DNA from: Flavobacteriales bacterium
GTDB taxonomy: Bacteria > Bacteroidota > Bacteroidia > NS11-12g > UBA955
Direction of reading: 5' to 3'
DNA length: 64,000 bases
Assembly (NCBI GenBank): GCA_024643755.1
Contig: JAHEMG010000006.1
Location: 573-64,572, forward strand
The position numbers and the translations under genes are program-made. This document shows positions 9,227-18,885 of this stretch, piece after piece. Every line of letters begins with the position of its first letter. The first letter of the stretch is position 1. A model generated the notes under the pieces. It ran no database searches, was not told the origin of the DNA, and was given only the letters and a program-made list of their open reading frames with translations.

Positions 9227-10972
9227 TTGAAATCGATCATAGCATATTTGTGGGTCATTTGTGCAGGTGGTGCTTCGGCATTGTCTGGACAAGTGACCCA
9301 TGCTGTTTTATCGGGCGATGGTGGTTCACAGCCATTGAATGGGAATGAGCCGAGTATCGCTTTCGATCCCCGCAATCCTGTGAACGGGATCATTGGTGTA
9401 AACACCAGTACGGTGATGCAAACCTCCGATCCACTATTGAAACAGTGGCAGTCTGTGGTGGTGAATCCGCCCCAAGGATTTTATGGTGACCCGGTGATGA
9501 AGATTAGCGAAAAGGGGGTTGTCTACTTAGCCCATTTGGCCAAGAACAAGGAAGGGAAATGGCCCGAGTTTTTTGATCGGATTGTTTTTGAGCGCAGTGA
9601 GGATGGGGGTAAATCGTTTACAGCCACAGATATCGGATATCGCCAAGGGAAGATGCAAGACAAGCCTTGGTTTTCGATGGATGAGTGGAAAAAGAGCAAG
9701 GGCTATGGCAATGTTTATGTGACGTGGACGGAGTTTGATGCCTATCACAGCCCATCGCCAAATGATTCCTCTAGGATTTGGTTTGCCCGGTCGTTGGATG
9801 GAGGAAAGCAATTTGAGACGCCTGTGGTGATTAGCGATCGCAGTGGGGATGCCATGGACGATGATGCTACGGCAGAGGGGGCTAATGTTACCGTAACTCC
9901 CGATGGGAAGTTGCACGCTGTTTGGTCCAGAAATGACACCATTTGGTACGATTGCAGCGCGGATTATGGAAAGACCTGGGGCGTTGATCAGTTTGTGGCC
10001 GAACAGTTTGGTGGATGGAATCACGATGCTGTGCGCGGAACAATGCGGGTGAATGGAATGCCTTTTATTGTCTCTAATTCAAAAGGGTATTTGTTTGTGG
10101 TGTATTCGGGTGGTGCTTGCAAGAAGCAAGAAACGGGGACTTGCAGAAGCAGAAATGTTTACTTGGTTTGTAAGTTCAGTGCCAATGGATTGTTTACCGC
10201 GCCGGCGGTAGTGAATCGATTGGAACCGGGTATGGATGATGCGGCGCATCGGTTGGATGTCAATACCCCCGATTTTGAATTTACCGAGCAATATTCTCCG
10301 GTGTTGGCGACATCTGCCGATAAACGTCGGGTATTTGTAGCTTGGCAGGATCGTAGGCGGAGTGTAACCGGTGGATTTTTCGATGTCTATGGTGCGGAAT
10401 TGGTGGTAAAACCCTGGTTTCGTGGGAAATCGGGCGGTCAAAGTTGGCTCAAGCAATGTGAAAATATTCGGTTGTCGAAAAGTGCTTCAATGGCCCCCGG
10501 CAATGCGGTTTTCATGGGCGATTATATTGGTTTGGATTGGCATGGCGATATGGTTGTAGCGTATACGGGCTTTGATGTTTCGAGATCGCATCCGGTGATA
10601 CACTTGGCGAAGGTTCATGTGAAGTCACGATGGATGGGCCTGCGAAAAATCGAGGGGGAAGATCGTGTTCGTGAGCCGGGTTTGAGTTTGTGGGTGATGG
10701 ACGATGTGGTTGAGAAGAGCAATACCCGGGAGGGCGAAGTGGATTCCAGAAAAGATAAAAAAATCTTCATTTGGGCAGAATGGCCCGAAACGACCAATTT
10801 TACCGTTGAGATTAAAATGGGATCTCAGGTCGTTTTTTCGCATGTGTTTGAAAATGTGTTGGATGGGAAGGTTGATTTTGAATTGCCATTATCGCGATTT
10901 GTCCCCGGATCCTACGAAATGGTGTTGAGAAAGAAGGGTAGAAGCGTGTCTTTGCCCGTTTATTTAAAATAA
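9227..10972 (+). CDS. Secreted BNR/Asp-box repeat (sialidase-fold-like) protein with C-terminal beta-sandwich-like domain
   Basis: 581 aa. The track start is TTG at 9227, 6 nt after the trxB stop. N-terminal hydrophobic signal. Three Asp-boxes: SEDGGKSF, SLDGGKQF, SADYGKTW. The C-terminal ~80 aa (FTVEIKMGSQVVF...GSYEMVLRKKGRSVSLPVYLK) is weakly T9SS-CTD-like. Confidence 0.6.
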   Translation: MKSIIAYLWVICAGGASALSGQVTHAVLSGDGGSQPLNGNEPSIAFDPRNPVNGIIGVNTSTVMQTSDPLLKQWQSVVVNPPQGFYGDPVMKISEKGVVYLAHLAKNKEGKWPEFFDRIVFERSEDGGKSFTATDIGYRQGKMQDKPWFSMDEWKKSKGYGNVYVTWTEFDAYHSPSPNDSSRIWFARSLDGGKQFETPVVISDRSGDAMDDDATAEGANVTVTPDGKLHAVWSRNDTIWYDCSADYGKTWGVDQFVAEQFGGWNHDAVRGTMRVNGMPFIVSNSKGYLFVVYSGGACKKQETGTCRSRNVYLVCKFSANGLFTAPAVVNRLEPGMDDAAHRLDVNTPDFEFTEQYSPVLATSADKRRVFVAWQDRRRSVTGGFFDVYGAELVVKPWFRGKSGGQSWLKQCENIRLSKSASMAPGNAVFMGDYIGLDWHGDMVVAYTGFDVSRSHPVIHLAKVHVKSRWMGLRKIEGEDRVREPGLSLWVMDDVVEKSNTREGEVDSRKDKKIFIWAEWPETTNFTVEIKMGSQVVFSHVFENVLDGKVDFELPLSRFVPGSYEMVLRKKGRSVSLPVYLK

Positions 10973-11005
10973 TTGCAGAAAGAATGCACGAAATCGTGCA
11001 AGTCC

Positions 11006-11037
11006 TTTGTCTAAATACACTTGAAAACCTATTTTTG
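11006..11037 (+). promoter_or_regulatory. Bacteroidota sigma-A promoter for ppiD: -33 TTTG, 20-nt spacer, -7 TATTTTTG
   Basis: TTTG at 11006-11009 and TATTTTTG at 11030-11037, 18 nt before the ATG at 11056. A 6-bp inverted repeat tgcacg-aaat-cgtgca (10985-11000) lies just upstream. Confidence 0.5.
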
Positions 11038-11055
11038 CTTCCCTTTTAATAGACT

Positions 11056-13221
11056 ATGGCAGTAATACAGAAGTTAAGAAACTCAGGAATGGTTGTGATC
11101 GTGGTCGTGGCCGCCTTGGTTTTGTTCGTGATCGGAGATCTTTTAAACAGTCGTTATGGCGCTAACAACAACACTTCCGAAGAGGGTGTGTTTGTTGAGA
11201 TCGCAGGCAAATCGTTTAAGGAAAAAGAAGATTTGGAGCCTTTGGTGAACAAATTGTATCAGCAAAAGATGGCGAATGATCCTTCTTTGGCAACCAAAAT
11301 GCAGTCGGATGAGAAATTCCGTACAAAAACTGTAAAGGAGTTGTACCAGAGTGCATACGATCAATTGATTCGCGAGCAGATTTTGATGAAAGAAATCGAA
11401 AAGTCTGGTATCACTTTGTCTGATGCTGACATTAACGAATTGTTGGTTGGTTCGCATCCTAGCGAGTCGATGATGCAGATTCCTGACTTTCAAACCGACG
11501 GTAAGTTCGATGGCAAGAAAGTGGAAATGATCTTCAAGCAAGGTAAGTCAAACGCCCAGTTGAAAGCCAACTTGTTGAGCTTGGTTGAGAGTATTACCAA
11601 CTACGAGAAGATTGAGCGTTATGCTACTTATGTATCTAAAGCCAATGTGAAGACTAAGGCCGAGAAGGAATACGAATACGTAGTTGCCAACCAAGGTGTA
11701 ATGGGAAGCATCATCAACATCGCACACAACAGCATTCCTGATAAGGACGTGAAGTTGACCGATGCTGATTTGGAAGATTATTTGGCTCGCAACAAAGAGA
11801 AATTCAAATTCAGTGCTGAAGCGCGCAACGTGAAATATGTGGTTTGGGATGTAGTTCCAACCCAGCAAGATACCATGGAGGCATACACAACTGCCATGAG
11901 AACCGCAGAAGGTATGCGTACCCAAACTGAGCCGGATACCATGGGTGCGTTGGGATTCTATAACATCACCAACTTGCCAGAGTCGGCTCCTGAAGAAGTG
12001 AAAAACATCGTTTGGAATTCACCATTGAATGCGGTTGTTGGTCCGATTTATCGTGAAGGCAACTTCTACATTTGGCAAAAAGTGGCTGAAGCCAAGGATA
12101 CTGTTCCTATGGTACATGCCGCGCATATTTTGATTCCAACTTCTGGTTCTTTGCCTGACGGTACTACCATTGCTGATTCTGTAGCTGCTGAAGCCAAAGC
12201 CCGTGAGGTATTGGGTCAGATCGTAGGTGGCGCAAACATGGCTGAATTGGCGCCCAAATTGTCAACAGATCAAGGGTCTGCTGCCAAGGGTGGTGATTTG
12301 GGATGGGCTGCTGCCAGTGGTTATGTGAAAGAGTTTGCAGAATTTACCAAAACCGCGACCAAAGGTCAGGTAGGAATGGTGAAAACCCAGTTCGGTTTCC
12401 ACATCATCAAGATGGTGGATGACGCTCAGAGCAAGAAAATCAAATACACCCAGAATATGGTGGAATTGGCTGCAAGTCCTAGCACCGTAAGTGTGGTGGA
12501 TGAGAAGAGCCGTGCTTTCCGCAACAAAGTAACTGCAGACGCTGGTTCTTTTGACAAAGCGGTTGAGTCGATGGCGTTGGTTCCTCGTGTAATGAAGGAT
12601 TTGAAAACTGATATGCAGGGAATTCCTGGTATCAATGCACCAGAGAACGTGAAGACCATCATGTACTGGTTGTTTGATAAAGAACGTGAAAAAGGAAATG
12701 TTTCTGATGTATTCCAATTTGCCGGTGCACACGTAGTTTTCAGTGTTGAAGCGGTGAAGCACGTTGGATATGCGAAGGTTGAAGATGTTCGCTCTGAAAT
12801 TGAGCCATTGGTTCGTGAAGAATTGAAGGGTAAATTGATCGCTGAGAAATTGGCGAAGGCAGCTGAAAAAGCCAAATCGCCCCGTGAATTGGCGAGCATG
12901 GCTGGTGCAACTTTGATTCCTTTGGAGTCGTTGAAAATGGGTCAAAACTTCTTGCCTCAGTTGGCCGCTGAAATGCGCATTTTGGGTGCTGCGTTTGGTG
13001 TAGAATTGAAGAAATTCTCAACGCCTGTGATTGGTAAAAATAATACTGCCATGATCTGGATCGACAAGCGCGATGATATCAAGGTGCCTAAATCTGCTGG
13101 TGATGCGCCAGATCCATTTGAGTTCTACAACCGTCCTCAGTACATCATGAACACATTGCAAGATGTATTGACTAAAAAGGCCCAAGTACAAGACTTCCGC
13201 TACAAGTATGAGTGGTTCTAG
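11056..13221 (+). CDS. ppiD: Periplasmic chaperone / peptidyl-prolyl isomerase PpiD-like (parvulin domain)
   Basis: 721 aa. N-terminal membrane anchor MVVIVVVAALVLFVIG. Parvulin motifs AAHILI, GGDLGW and FGFHIIK in the middle. Confidence 0.8.
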   Translation: MAVIQKLRNSGMVVIVVVAALVLFVIGDLLNSRYGANNNTSEEGVFVEIAGKSFKEKEDLEPLVNKLYQQKMANDPSLATKMQSDEKFRTKTVKELYQSAYDQLIREQILMKEIEKSGITLSDADINELLVGSHPSESMMQIPDFQTDGKFDGKKVEMIFKQGKSNAQLKANLLSLVESITNYEKIERYATYVSKANVKTKAEKEYEYVVANQGVMGSIINIAHNSIPDKDVKLTDADLEDYLARNKEKFKFSAEARNVKYVVWDVVPTQQDTMEAYTTAMRTAEGMRTQTEPDTMGALGFYNITNLPESAPEEVKNIVWNSPLNAVVGPIYREGNFYIWQKVAEAKDTVPMVHAAHILIPTSGSLPDGTTIADSVAAEAKAREVLGQIVGGANMAELAPKLSTDQGSAAKGGDLGWAAASGYVKEFAEFTKTATKGQVGMVKTQFGFHIIKMVDDAQSKKIKYTQNMVELAASPSTVSVVDEKSRAFRNKVTADAGSFDKAVESMALVPRVMKDLKTDMQGIPGINAPENVKTIMYWLFDKEREKGNVSDVFQFAGAHVVFSVEAVKHVGYAKVEDVRSEIEPLVREELKGKLIAEKLAKAAEKAKSPRELASMAGATLIPLESLKMGQNFLPQLAAEMRILGAAFGVELKKFSTPVIGKNNTAMIWIDKRDDIKVPKSAGDAPDPFEFYNRPQYIMNTLQDVLTKKAQVQDFRYKYEWF

Positions 13222-13249
13222 TATCGGGTAACGAATAGGAAAATTTTGT

Positions 13250-13287
13250 GAGGGGCCCCGGCGAATGCCGGGGCCCCTCTTTTTTTG
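13250..13287 (+). terminator. Rho-independent terminator after ppiD
   Basis: Perfect 13-bp GC-rich stem gaggggccccggc / gccggggcccctc, loop gaat, followed by T7. Confidence 0.85.
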
Positions 13288-13319
13288 CCAATGAATTGGC
13301 AATCACCCTGCGCATGTCG

Positions 13320-13327
13320 TATTTTTG
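13320..13327 (+). promoter_or_regulatory. -7 box TATTTTTG for the SIS isomerase gene
   Basis: Exact TAnnTTTG, 5 nt upstream of the ATG at 13333. Confidence 0.4.
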
Positions 13328-13332
13328 TGATT

Positions 13333-14319
13333 ATGTCAGTCATTACCCACGAATTATCGCTCCAGAATTTTCATGAACAACTTACTTATGTTTTGGCTCA
13401 TTACCACAAACATGGTAAATCGGTGAGTCAATACAACAATATCGTCATTGGTGGATTGGGGGGTAGTGGTATTGGCGGACGTATTGCGCGTCTGGCTTTT
13501 TTACAAGAAATGCCGGTGCCCGTGGAGGTGTTTAGCGAGTATTCTTTGCCCGCTTACGCCAACAACAAAACATTGGTGATCCTTTGTTCGTACAGTGGTA
13601 ACACCGAAGAGACCCTTTCGATGTTCGCACAAGCCCAGAGCCGTGGTTGTGAAATGATTTGCGTGGCTGCATCTGGTCAGTTGAAAGCTTTGGCGGAAAC
13701 CCATCATTTGCCTTTCTATAGTGTGGCGCTTGGGTATCAACCCCGCATGACATTGGGATTTGGTTTGGGAACGTTGGTTATGATATTGGGAGAGTTGATG
13801 GGCAAAGACATGACGGCAACCATTCAGGACGTGGAAGCAATGTTCAAATCACCCGAGACCATTGTTGCCCGCGCCAAGGAAATGTACGAGGTCTTTAAAC
13901 CAACCATCGCCCAGAAGTTTGTGGTGGTTTGTGATTTGCCTTATGAAGCGGTGGCGATCCGTTTCTGTCAACAAATACAGGAAAATGCCAAAGGAGAAGG
14001 TTTTGTCTCTGTTCTGCCCGAGGCCAACCACAACATGATTGAAAGCTATTACGAAAAGCACGATACCAATTTTATCTTGTTGAATAGCGGTGGCAATGCC
14101 CGTGTGAACGCGCGTTTTGATTTTCTTAAAGGCGTACTAACTGATTTGGGTAACGTTGTATATCAATATCCCGTTGCAGACGCAAGTTTGATGTCACAGT
14201 TTGAAGTTATTCATGCCACAGATTGGTTGAGTGTTTGGGCTTCTGATGACAAGCAAGTAGATAACATGCAGGTAGGGATCATCATGAAGTTGAAAGGTCA
14301 CCTAGAAAATCTAAAGTAA
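13333..14319 (+). CDS. SIS-domain bifunctional phosphoglucose/phosphomannose isomerase family protein
   Basis: About 328 aa from MSVITHEL. The earlier track start at 13285 would overlap the ppiD terminator. SIS-type GGLGGSGIGG loop and CSYSGNTEET motif. Confidence 0.7.
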   Translation: MSVITHELSLQNFHEQLTYVLAHYHKHGKSVSQYNNIVIGGLGGSGIGGRIARLAFLQEMPVPVEVFSEYSLPAYANNKTLVILCSYSGNTEETLSMFAQAQSRGCEMICVAASGQLKALAETHHLPFYSVALGYQPRMTLGFGLGTLVMILGELMGKDMTATIQDVEAMFKSPETIVARAKEMYEVFKPTIAQKFVVVCDLPYEAVAIRFCQQIQENAKGEGFVSVLPEANHNMIESYYEKHDTNFILLNSGGNARVNARFDFLKGVLTDLGNVVYQYPVADASLMSQFEVIHATDWLSVWASDDKQVDNMQVGIIMKLKGHLENLK

Positions 14320-14323
14320 CTTC

Positions 14324-15088
14324 ATGAAAATCACCTTCCTGGGTACGGGAACCTCGCAAGGGGTGCCACCGATTGGCTGTAACAGTGAAGTGTGTTTGAG
14401 TGATAATCCCAAAGACAAGCGTTTGAGGGCTTCCGTGCATGTGCAGTGGAAGCATCTGAGTTTGCTGATTGATTGTGGTCCGGATTTCCGTTATCAGATG
14501 TTGCGTGCGGGTATCAATCAACTTGATGCAATTCTGTTTACCCATGAACACAGAGATCATACCGCAGGGTTAGACGACATACGTCCTTATAATTACCTGC
14601 AAAATGGCCCTATGCCCGTTTATCTGCATCCCAGGGTTTATGGCGCGTTTCAGTCACAGTACGACTATATTTTTCAACCTGTGCCATATCCCGGAATCCC
14701 ACAAATTGATTGGCATTTGATTGATTTGGATGCGTTCAGTATTCACGGACATACCATTCAACCGGTGGAGGTGATGCATTACAAATTGCCTGTGTTGGGC
14801 TTTGTGTTAGACCGGTTTGCTTATGTTACAGACGCCAATTACATTTCAGATCAGGAAAAAGAGAAACTCAAAGGAATGGATGTACTGGTGTTGAATGCCC
14901 TGCGAAGAGAAGAGCATATCAGTCATTTTACCTTAGATCAAGCGGTTGCCTTGGCCAAAGAACTTGGTGCCAAACAAACCTATTTTACCCACATGAGTCA
15001 TCAAATCGGCCTGCACGACGAAGTTTGTGCAGAATTGCCTGAGGGCATTGATCTGGCCTACGATGGCTTGGTGGTTGAGCTGCCTTGA
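14324..15088 (+). CDS. MBL-fold metallo-hydrolase
   Basis: 254 aa. Metallo-beta-lactamase motif THEHRDHTAG (HxHxDH). 4 nt after the preceding stop. Confidence 0.8.
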   Translation: MKITFLGTGTSQGVPPIGCNSEVCLSDNPKDKRLRASVHVQWKHLSLLIDCGPDFRYQMLRAGINQLDAILFTHEHRDHTAGLDDIRPYNYLQNGPMPVYLHPRVYGAFQSQYDYIFQPVPYPGIPQIDWHLIDLDAFSIHGHTIQPVEVMHYKLPVLGFVLDRFAYVTDANYISDQEKEKLKGMDVLVLNALRREEHISHFTLDQAVALAKELGAKQTYFTHMSHQIGLHDEVCAELPEGIDLAYDGLVVELP

Positions 15089-15120
15089 CTCGGTTACATA
15101 GCGACTTCCCGCGGCGTGAA

Positions 15121-16599
15121 TTACAAGCGCTGAAACAGATCCATATAGAATTCCACACCTTTGCCAAACTGCTTGCGTGTGATGTGCTCGTTAATGCCAT
15201 GTATACTTGACAAATTGGAAGCTGAAAATTCAAAGGGCACAAAACGATACATGCGATTGGTAACCGCCGTGTAATTTTTGCAATCTGTTCCTGTAATGAC
15301 CAATCCTGGCACGACCACTGTCTCCGTGAAGTTAGCTTGGATAGCGGCTTTGATTTGGTCGTAACCGTCGCCATTGGCCGCTGAAACTGGGGTGGCCTCC
15401 CTTCCTTCAGCGTAGGTGCTGATTTCAATGCGAGGATCGTTCAATACATCTTTAATCTCATCCATGGCCGCTGCGATGCTATGCCCCGGGAATAAGCGCA
15501 AATTGACAATGGCTTCAGCTGTTGGTGGGACAACATTTTCTTTGTTTCCAGCACGCATAATGGTGGTTACATGGGTAGTTCTGATGGTCGCCGCAGTTTT
15601 CTCGCCCCCTTGTAAAACCATTTTCACCAAGGGAGCTGTGAGCCAAAGATTGCTGAACAATAATCGATACCCAAAATTCATGTAAGGCGCTGCTTCCGTA
15701 AATAGTCCTCTAACGGGTTGTTCAAGGTTAGATGCAAATTGGTGATGCTCTAATTTGCTCAGTCCCTTGCTCAAGATTGCCGTGGCATTTTCTGGGTTGG
15801 GCCATGCGGAATGTCCGCCCAACTGTTTCACTTTTAATTTTACACTCACAAATCCTTTTTCGCTTAGACCAATGATCGCGCAATCATTCTTTAATCCAGG
15901 AACAATGCCTTTCATCACCCCAAATCCTTCATCGGAAATAAAGGCAACTGGAATCTTATGCTTGATCAAATGTTGTGCGATGGCCGATGCGCCATGACTG
16001 CCTCCCGTTTCTTCATCATGTCCAAACCCAAACAACAGGGTGCGTTTTATGGGTAGTCCCAAGGCCAAAGTTCGCTCCGCCGCCTCCATCAACCCAATGA
16101 CTACATTTTTGTCGTCCAGCGCACCCCGACCCCAGAGGGTATCTTTTACAATACGACCGCTATAAGGACCGTGTTTCCATTGTGCACTGTCAGGGGTAGG
16201 TACAACGTCCATATGGCCAATGAACATGGCTGCAGCTTCTTTGCTACTGCCTTTTAGGGTGATAAGCAGGCTGTGCTGGTTGATGACTTCCCAATTGGCC
16301 CGAGCCGCTAACAAAGGATAAGTGCGTTTTAACCATGCGTGAAATGCAAGGATGCTGTTGTGGTTGATACTGTCGTTGTTGGCATCATCATACCCCACAA
16401 TGCGATACGTGGTAGCTTGGGCCAAATGTTCTAATGCGGTATTTGCGATGCTTTGGCGATAGGCGGCGTCTAGGGTGAGGCTCTTGCTCGTATTACTCAA
16501 TGATTTGGGTTGATTCAACAGGGCGATACCCATCGCGGTCAACAGTGTTGCGATAATTACGTATCCGAGTATCTTGAGAAAACGTTTTAAAACTGGCAT
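15121..16599 (-). CDS. M20 family metallopeptidase, membrane anchored
   Basis: 492 aa. N-terminal TM helix. M20 metal ligand motifs GHMDVVP, GALDDK, GHDEETGG. Confidence 0.8.
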   Translation of the reverse strand: MPVLKRFLKILGYVIIATLLTAMGIALLNQPKSLSNTSKSLTLDAAYRQSIANTALEHLAQATTYRIVGYDDANNDSINHNSILAFHAWLKRTYPLLAARANWEVINQHSLLITLKGSSKEAAAMFIGHMDVVPTPDSAQWKHGPYSGRIVKDTLWGRGALDDKNVVIGLMEAAERTLALGLPIKRTLLFGFGHDEETGGSHGASAIAQHLIKHKIPVAFISDEGFGVMKGIVPGLKNDCAIIGLSEKGFVSVKLKVKQLGGHSAWPNPENATAILSKGLSKLEHHQFASNLEQPVRGLFTEAAPYMNFGYRLLFSNLWLTAPLVKMVLQGGEKTAATIRTTHVTTIMRAGNKENVVPPTAEAIVNLRLFPGHSIAAAMDEIKDVLNDPRIEISTYAEGREATPVSAANGDGYDQIKAAIQANFTETVVVPGLVITGTDCKNYTAVTNRMYRFVPFEFSASNLSSIHGINEHITRKQFGKGVEFYMDLFQRL

Positions 16600-16635
16600 A
16601 ATGAATTGCCTAGCAATGTTAACGAAAAATTCTAT

Positions 16636-18879
16636 TTAAGGCGTACCTTGGATATAAATGAATTTTCCCATCGCAGTTTCGGATCCATCAGAATTGATGG
16701 CGAATACAAACAATACACCGCTGTTTGGTTGGGTGCCATCAAGACGGAATCCATTCCAAGTAGCTTTGCCACCGTTGGCTTTGGTTTGATAGATGAGTTT
16801 GCCCGTTACATCCGTGATTTTGATTTCTGCGTTGCTCGTTAAGCCCTCGATAGCAATCAATCCATCGTATTTGGGTGGCACAGGATTGGGGTATATTTTG
16901 ATTTTATCGAACAGTTCAGCGGCTTCACTGGCATCGCTTCTGTAGGAGATGATGCCTTTGTCGGTTCCTGCGAAAATTTCCCCACTCACATTGTTTTGTC
17001 CGATACAAATTACCCGGTTCGATAACAGTGGACTATTGTCGCTGTCAAAGTGTTTAATCACGCGTTGACCGTAGGCATCAACCAAAAATATCCCATTGTT
17101 GGTTGCCATCCATTTGCGTCCGCCGCCGTCTACACAGATGTCGTTGATCGTTTCTTCACCCATCAAATAACCTACATCGCCATCTTGATCAACGATGTAG
17201 CGATCCAGTTTGGGGTTGGTGAACAAACTGCTGGAGCCCGAGAAAACGTTGAGCCCTTGGTTGGTGCCAATCCATGTGTAGCCGAGATCATCGCTCTTAA
17301 CCGACAATACCTCTGTAGAAATAAGTCCTTGTTGTGAGCCAATATACACAGAGCGGTCATCGGTTTGGAGGTCTATCGATTTACCTTCGTCGAATACTTG
17401 AATGCCGCCAGTTTGTAGGATCATCCATTTCCTATCGAGGTAATCGATACTCAGGTCTTTTACTTCTCTGCAAGCCGATGGGGTAGCAACGGTTTTCCAA
17501 CTGCCTGATTTTGTTAAACAAAATAGTGGGTCATCGGCACCAAAGGAAGCGATCCAAATATTGCCTTTGCTGTCTTCCGCGATGCCAGAAACCTTGATCA
17601 AATTGATGGGCGGCTGTCGTTTCAGGGGTGAATTGGTTTCATCGAATCGATTGATCACAACACCATCTTTGATAACCAAGATACCGTTAGAATGGGTTGC
17701 CGCCATATACCAATTTTTTGATTTGATGTACTGCACGAAAGTGAAATCGTACATGTTGGTATTGAACGGGGAGGAAAGGTTGTTCTTCCAGCCCGTGGGT
17801 GTGTAGATGTAGAAACCGGCGTTGTTAAATGCATTGCCGAACGTTGAACTTACACCACCCGCAGATGCTAATACCTCCGGGGCGTTTTGGGTCATTCGGA
17901 AAATGGAGGGGTCGGCCGGACCGTCGGGCATAAAGGCCACTTCCCCTGCAGGGTCTTTTTTAATGACGCCAGGGCCGATTCCCGTACAAAACCAAAATAG
18001 GCCATCTTTGAATTGGGTGATTCCTGCGACCAAATTGATGCTTTCGTTGGTGATGTTGCCATTGAGCAGGGTCCGGATTTCACCTTGCCTGGCTATGTGT
18101 GTGCCGAAGGCATTGTTCCAAATACGGGCAACGAATCGCTTTTCATTCAAGAATTGTCCCAATCCTTTATTCCATTGGTAGATGATGCTATCGCGCTCAA
18201 ATAAGAGTGTATTGTTGTAAGGGGTAAGGTGATTACAGGGCTTTGTATCTTCCACGGCCCATTGCCATTGTGTGTAGTCATTTAAGTTGACGGCTTTTGA
18301 CCATTTTGCGAAGCGAATGCCTTTGTCGGTTCCGATATAGACAGAATCGCCAACGACTGCCGATGATAAAACGGGGATGGCAGTTCCATTGGGACCGATG
18401 CTAGAATAACTGTCGTTTATTTCGTGATTGTTCAGGTCAACCACCAACAAACCAAAAAAGGTTGAGATAAGTGCCTCATTATCCTTGAAACTGGCAGACA
18501 GGATGCGTTTGTCGCCCTGAAGTATCTTGTTTTTAAAACCAGGGATATTGAAGATGATTCTATCGTTCTGAAGCAAATCGATATTGCCATCAGAATAACC
18601 AATCAATAGCAAATCTTTTTGGCTATTGTAGGCGAGGGTCGTGACTTCGTTGTTTGCAAAACCTTCCTCCTTACCCAACTTTTCCATGTCGCCGTAATTC
18701 ATCATTACCCGGAAAAATCCTTGAATGGAAGCGGCATATACAAAGCGATTACTCGCTTCGCAAATCAACGCATTTTTATAGCTTAAATGGGTGCGCCATT
18801 GGCCTGTTTGGATCAATTGACCTTGCACAGAACATAAAGCACCCAAGAAAAATAATATGCCAAAAATGCGTTTTTTCAT
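16636..18879 (-). CDS. porZ: Two-propeller (Reg_prop repeat) surface protein with T9SS C-terminal domain; PorZ-like
   Basis: 747 aa with signal peptide. Repeated Reg_prop-type motifs (IGTDKGIRF, IGTNQGLNVF, MATNNGIFLV, AGTDKGIISY). C-terminal T9SS CTD (KIYPNPVPPKYDGLIAIEGL...ITDVTGKLIY...GVLFVFAI). Starts 6 nt after the sprA stop. The symbol is tentative. Confidence 0.6.
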   Translation of the reverse strand: MKKRIFGILFFLGALCSVQGQLIQTGQWRTHLSYKNALICEASNRFVYAASIQGFFRVMMNYGDMEKLGKEEGFANNEVTTLAYNSQKDLLLIGYSDGNIDLLQNDRIIFNIPGFKNKILQGDKRILSASFKDNEALISTFFGLLVVDLNNHEINDSYSSIGPNGTAIPVLSSAVVGDSVYIGTDKGIRFAKWSKAVNLNDYTQWQWAVEDTKPCNHLTPYNNTLLFERDSIIYQWNKGLGQFLNEKRFVARIWNNAFGTHIARQGEIRTLLNGNITNESINLVAGITQFKDGLFWFCTGIGPGVIKKDPAGEVAFMPDGPADPSIFRMTQNAPEVLASAGGVSSTFGNAFNNAGFYIYTPTGWKNNLSSPFNTNMYDFTFVQYIKSKNWYMAATHSNGILVIKDGVVINRFDETNSPLKRQPPINLIKVSGIAEDSKGNIWIASFGADDPLFCLTKSGSWKTVATPSACREVKDLSIDYLDRKWMILQTGGIQVFDEGKSIDLQTDDRSVYIGSQQGLISTEVLSVKSDDLGYTWIGTNQGLNVFSGSSSLFTNPKLDRYIVDQDGDVGYLMGEETINDICVDGGGRKWMATNNGIFLVDAYGQRVIKHFDSDNSPLLSNRVICIGQNNVSGEIFAGTDKGIISYRSDASEAAELFDKIKIYPNPVPPKYDGLIAIEGLTSNAEIKITDVTGKLIYQTKANGGKATWNGFRLDGTQPNSGVLFVFAINSDGSETAMGKFIYIQGTP

Positions 18880-18885
18880 GTTGGA

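Noticed and set aside
12262-12945. 227-aa minus-strand ORF inside ppiD. Many similar antisense ORFs occur inside confirmed genes, for example 6283-6702, 8768-9301, 9527-10024, 11143-11541, 42080-42556, 44689-45249, 52568-53059 and 61787-62191.
   Set aside because: All lie fully within well-supported genes and usually in the reverse-complement codon register. Their composition is odd (His/Val/Phe/Cys-rich), and they have no signal peptides or motifs. They are explained by the scarcity of TTA, CTA and TCA sense codons.
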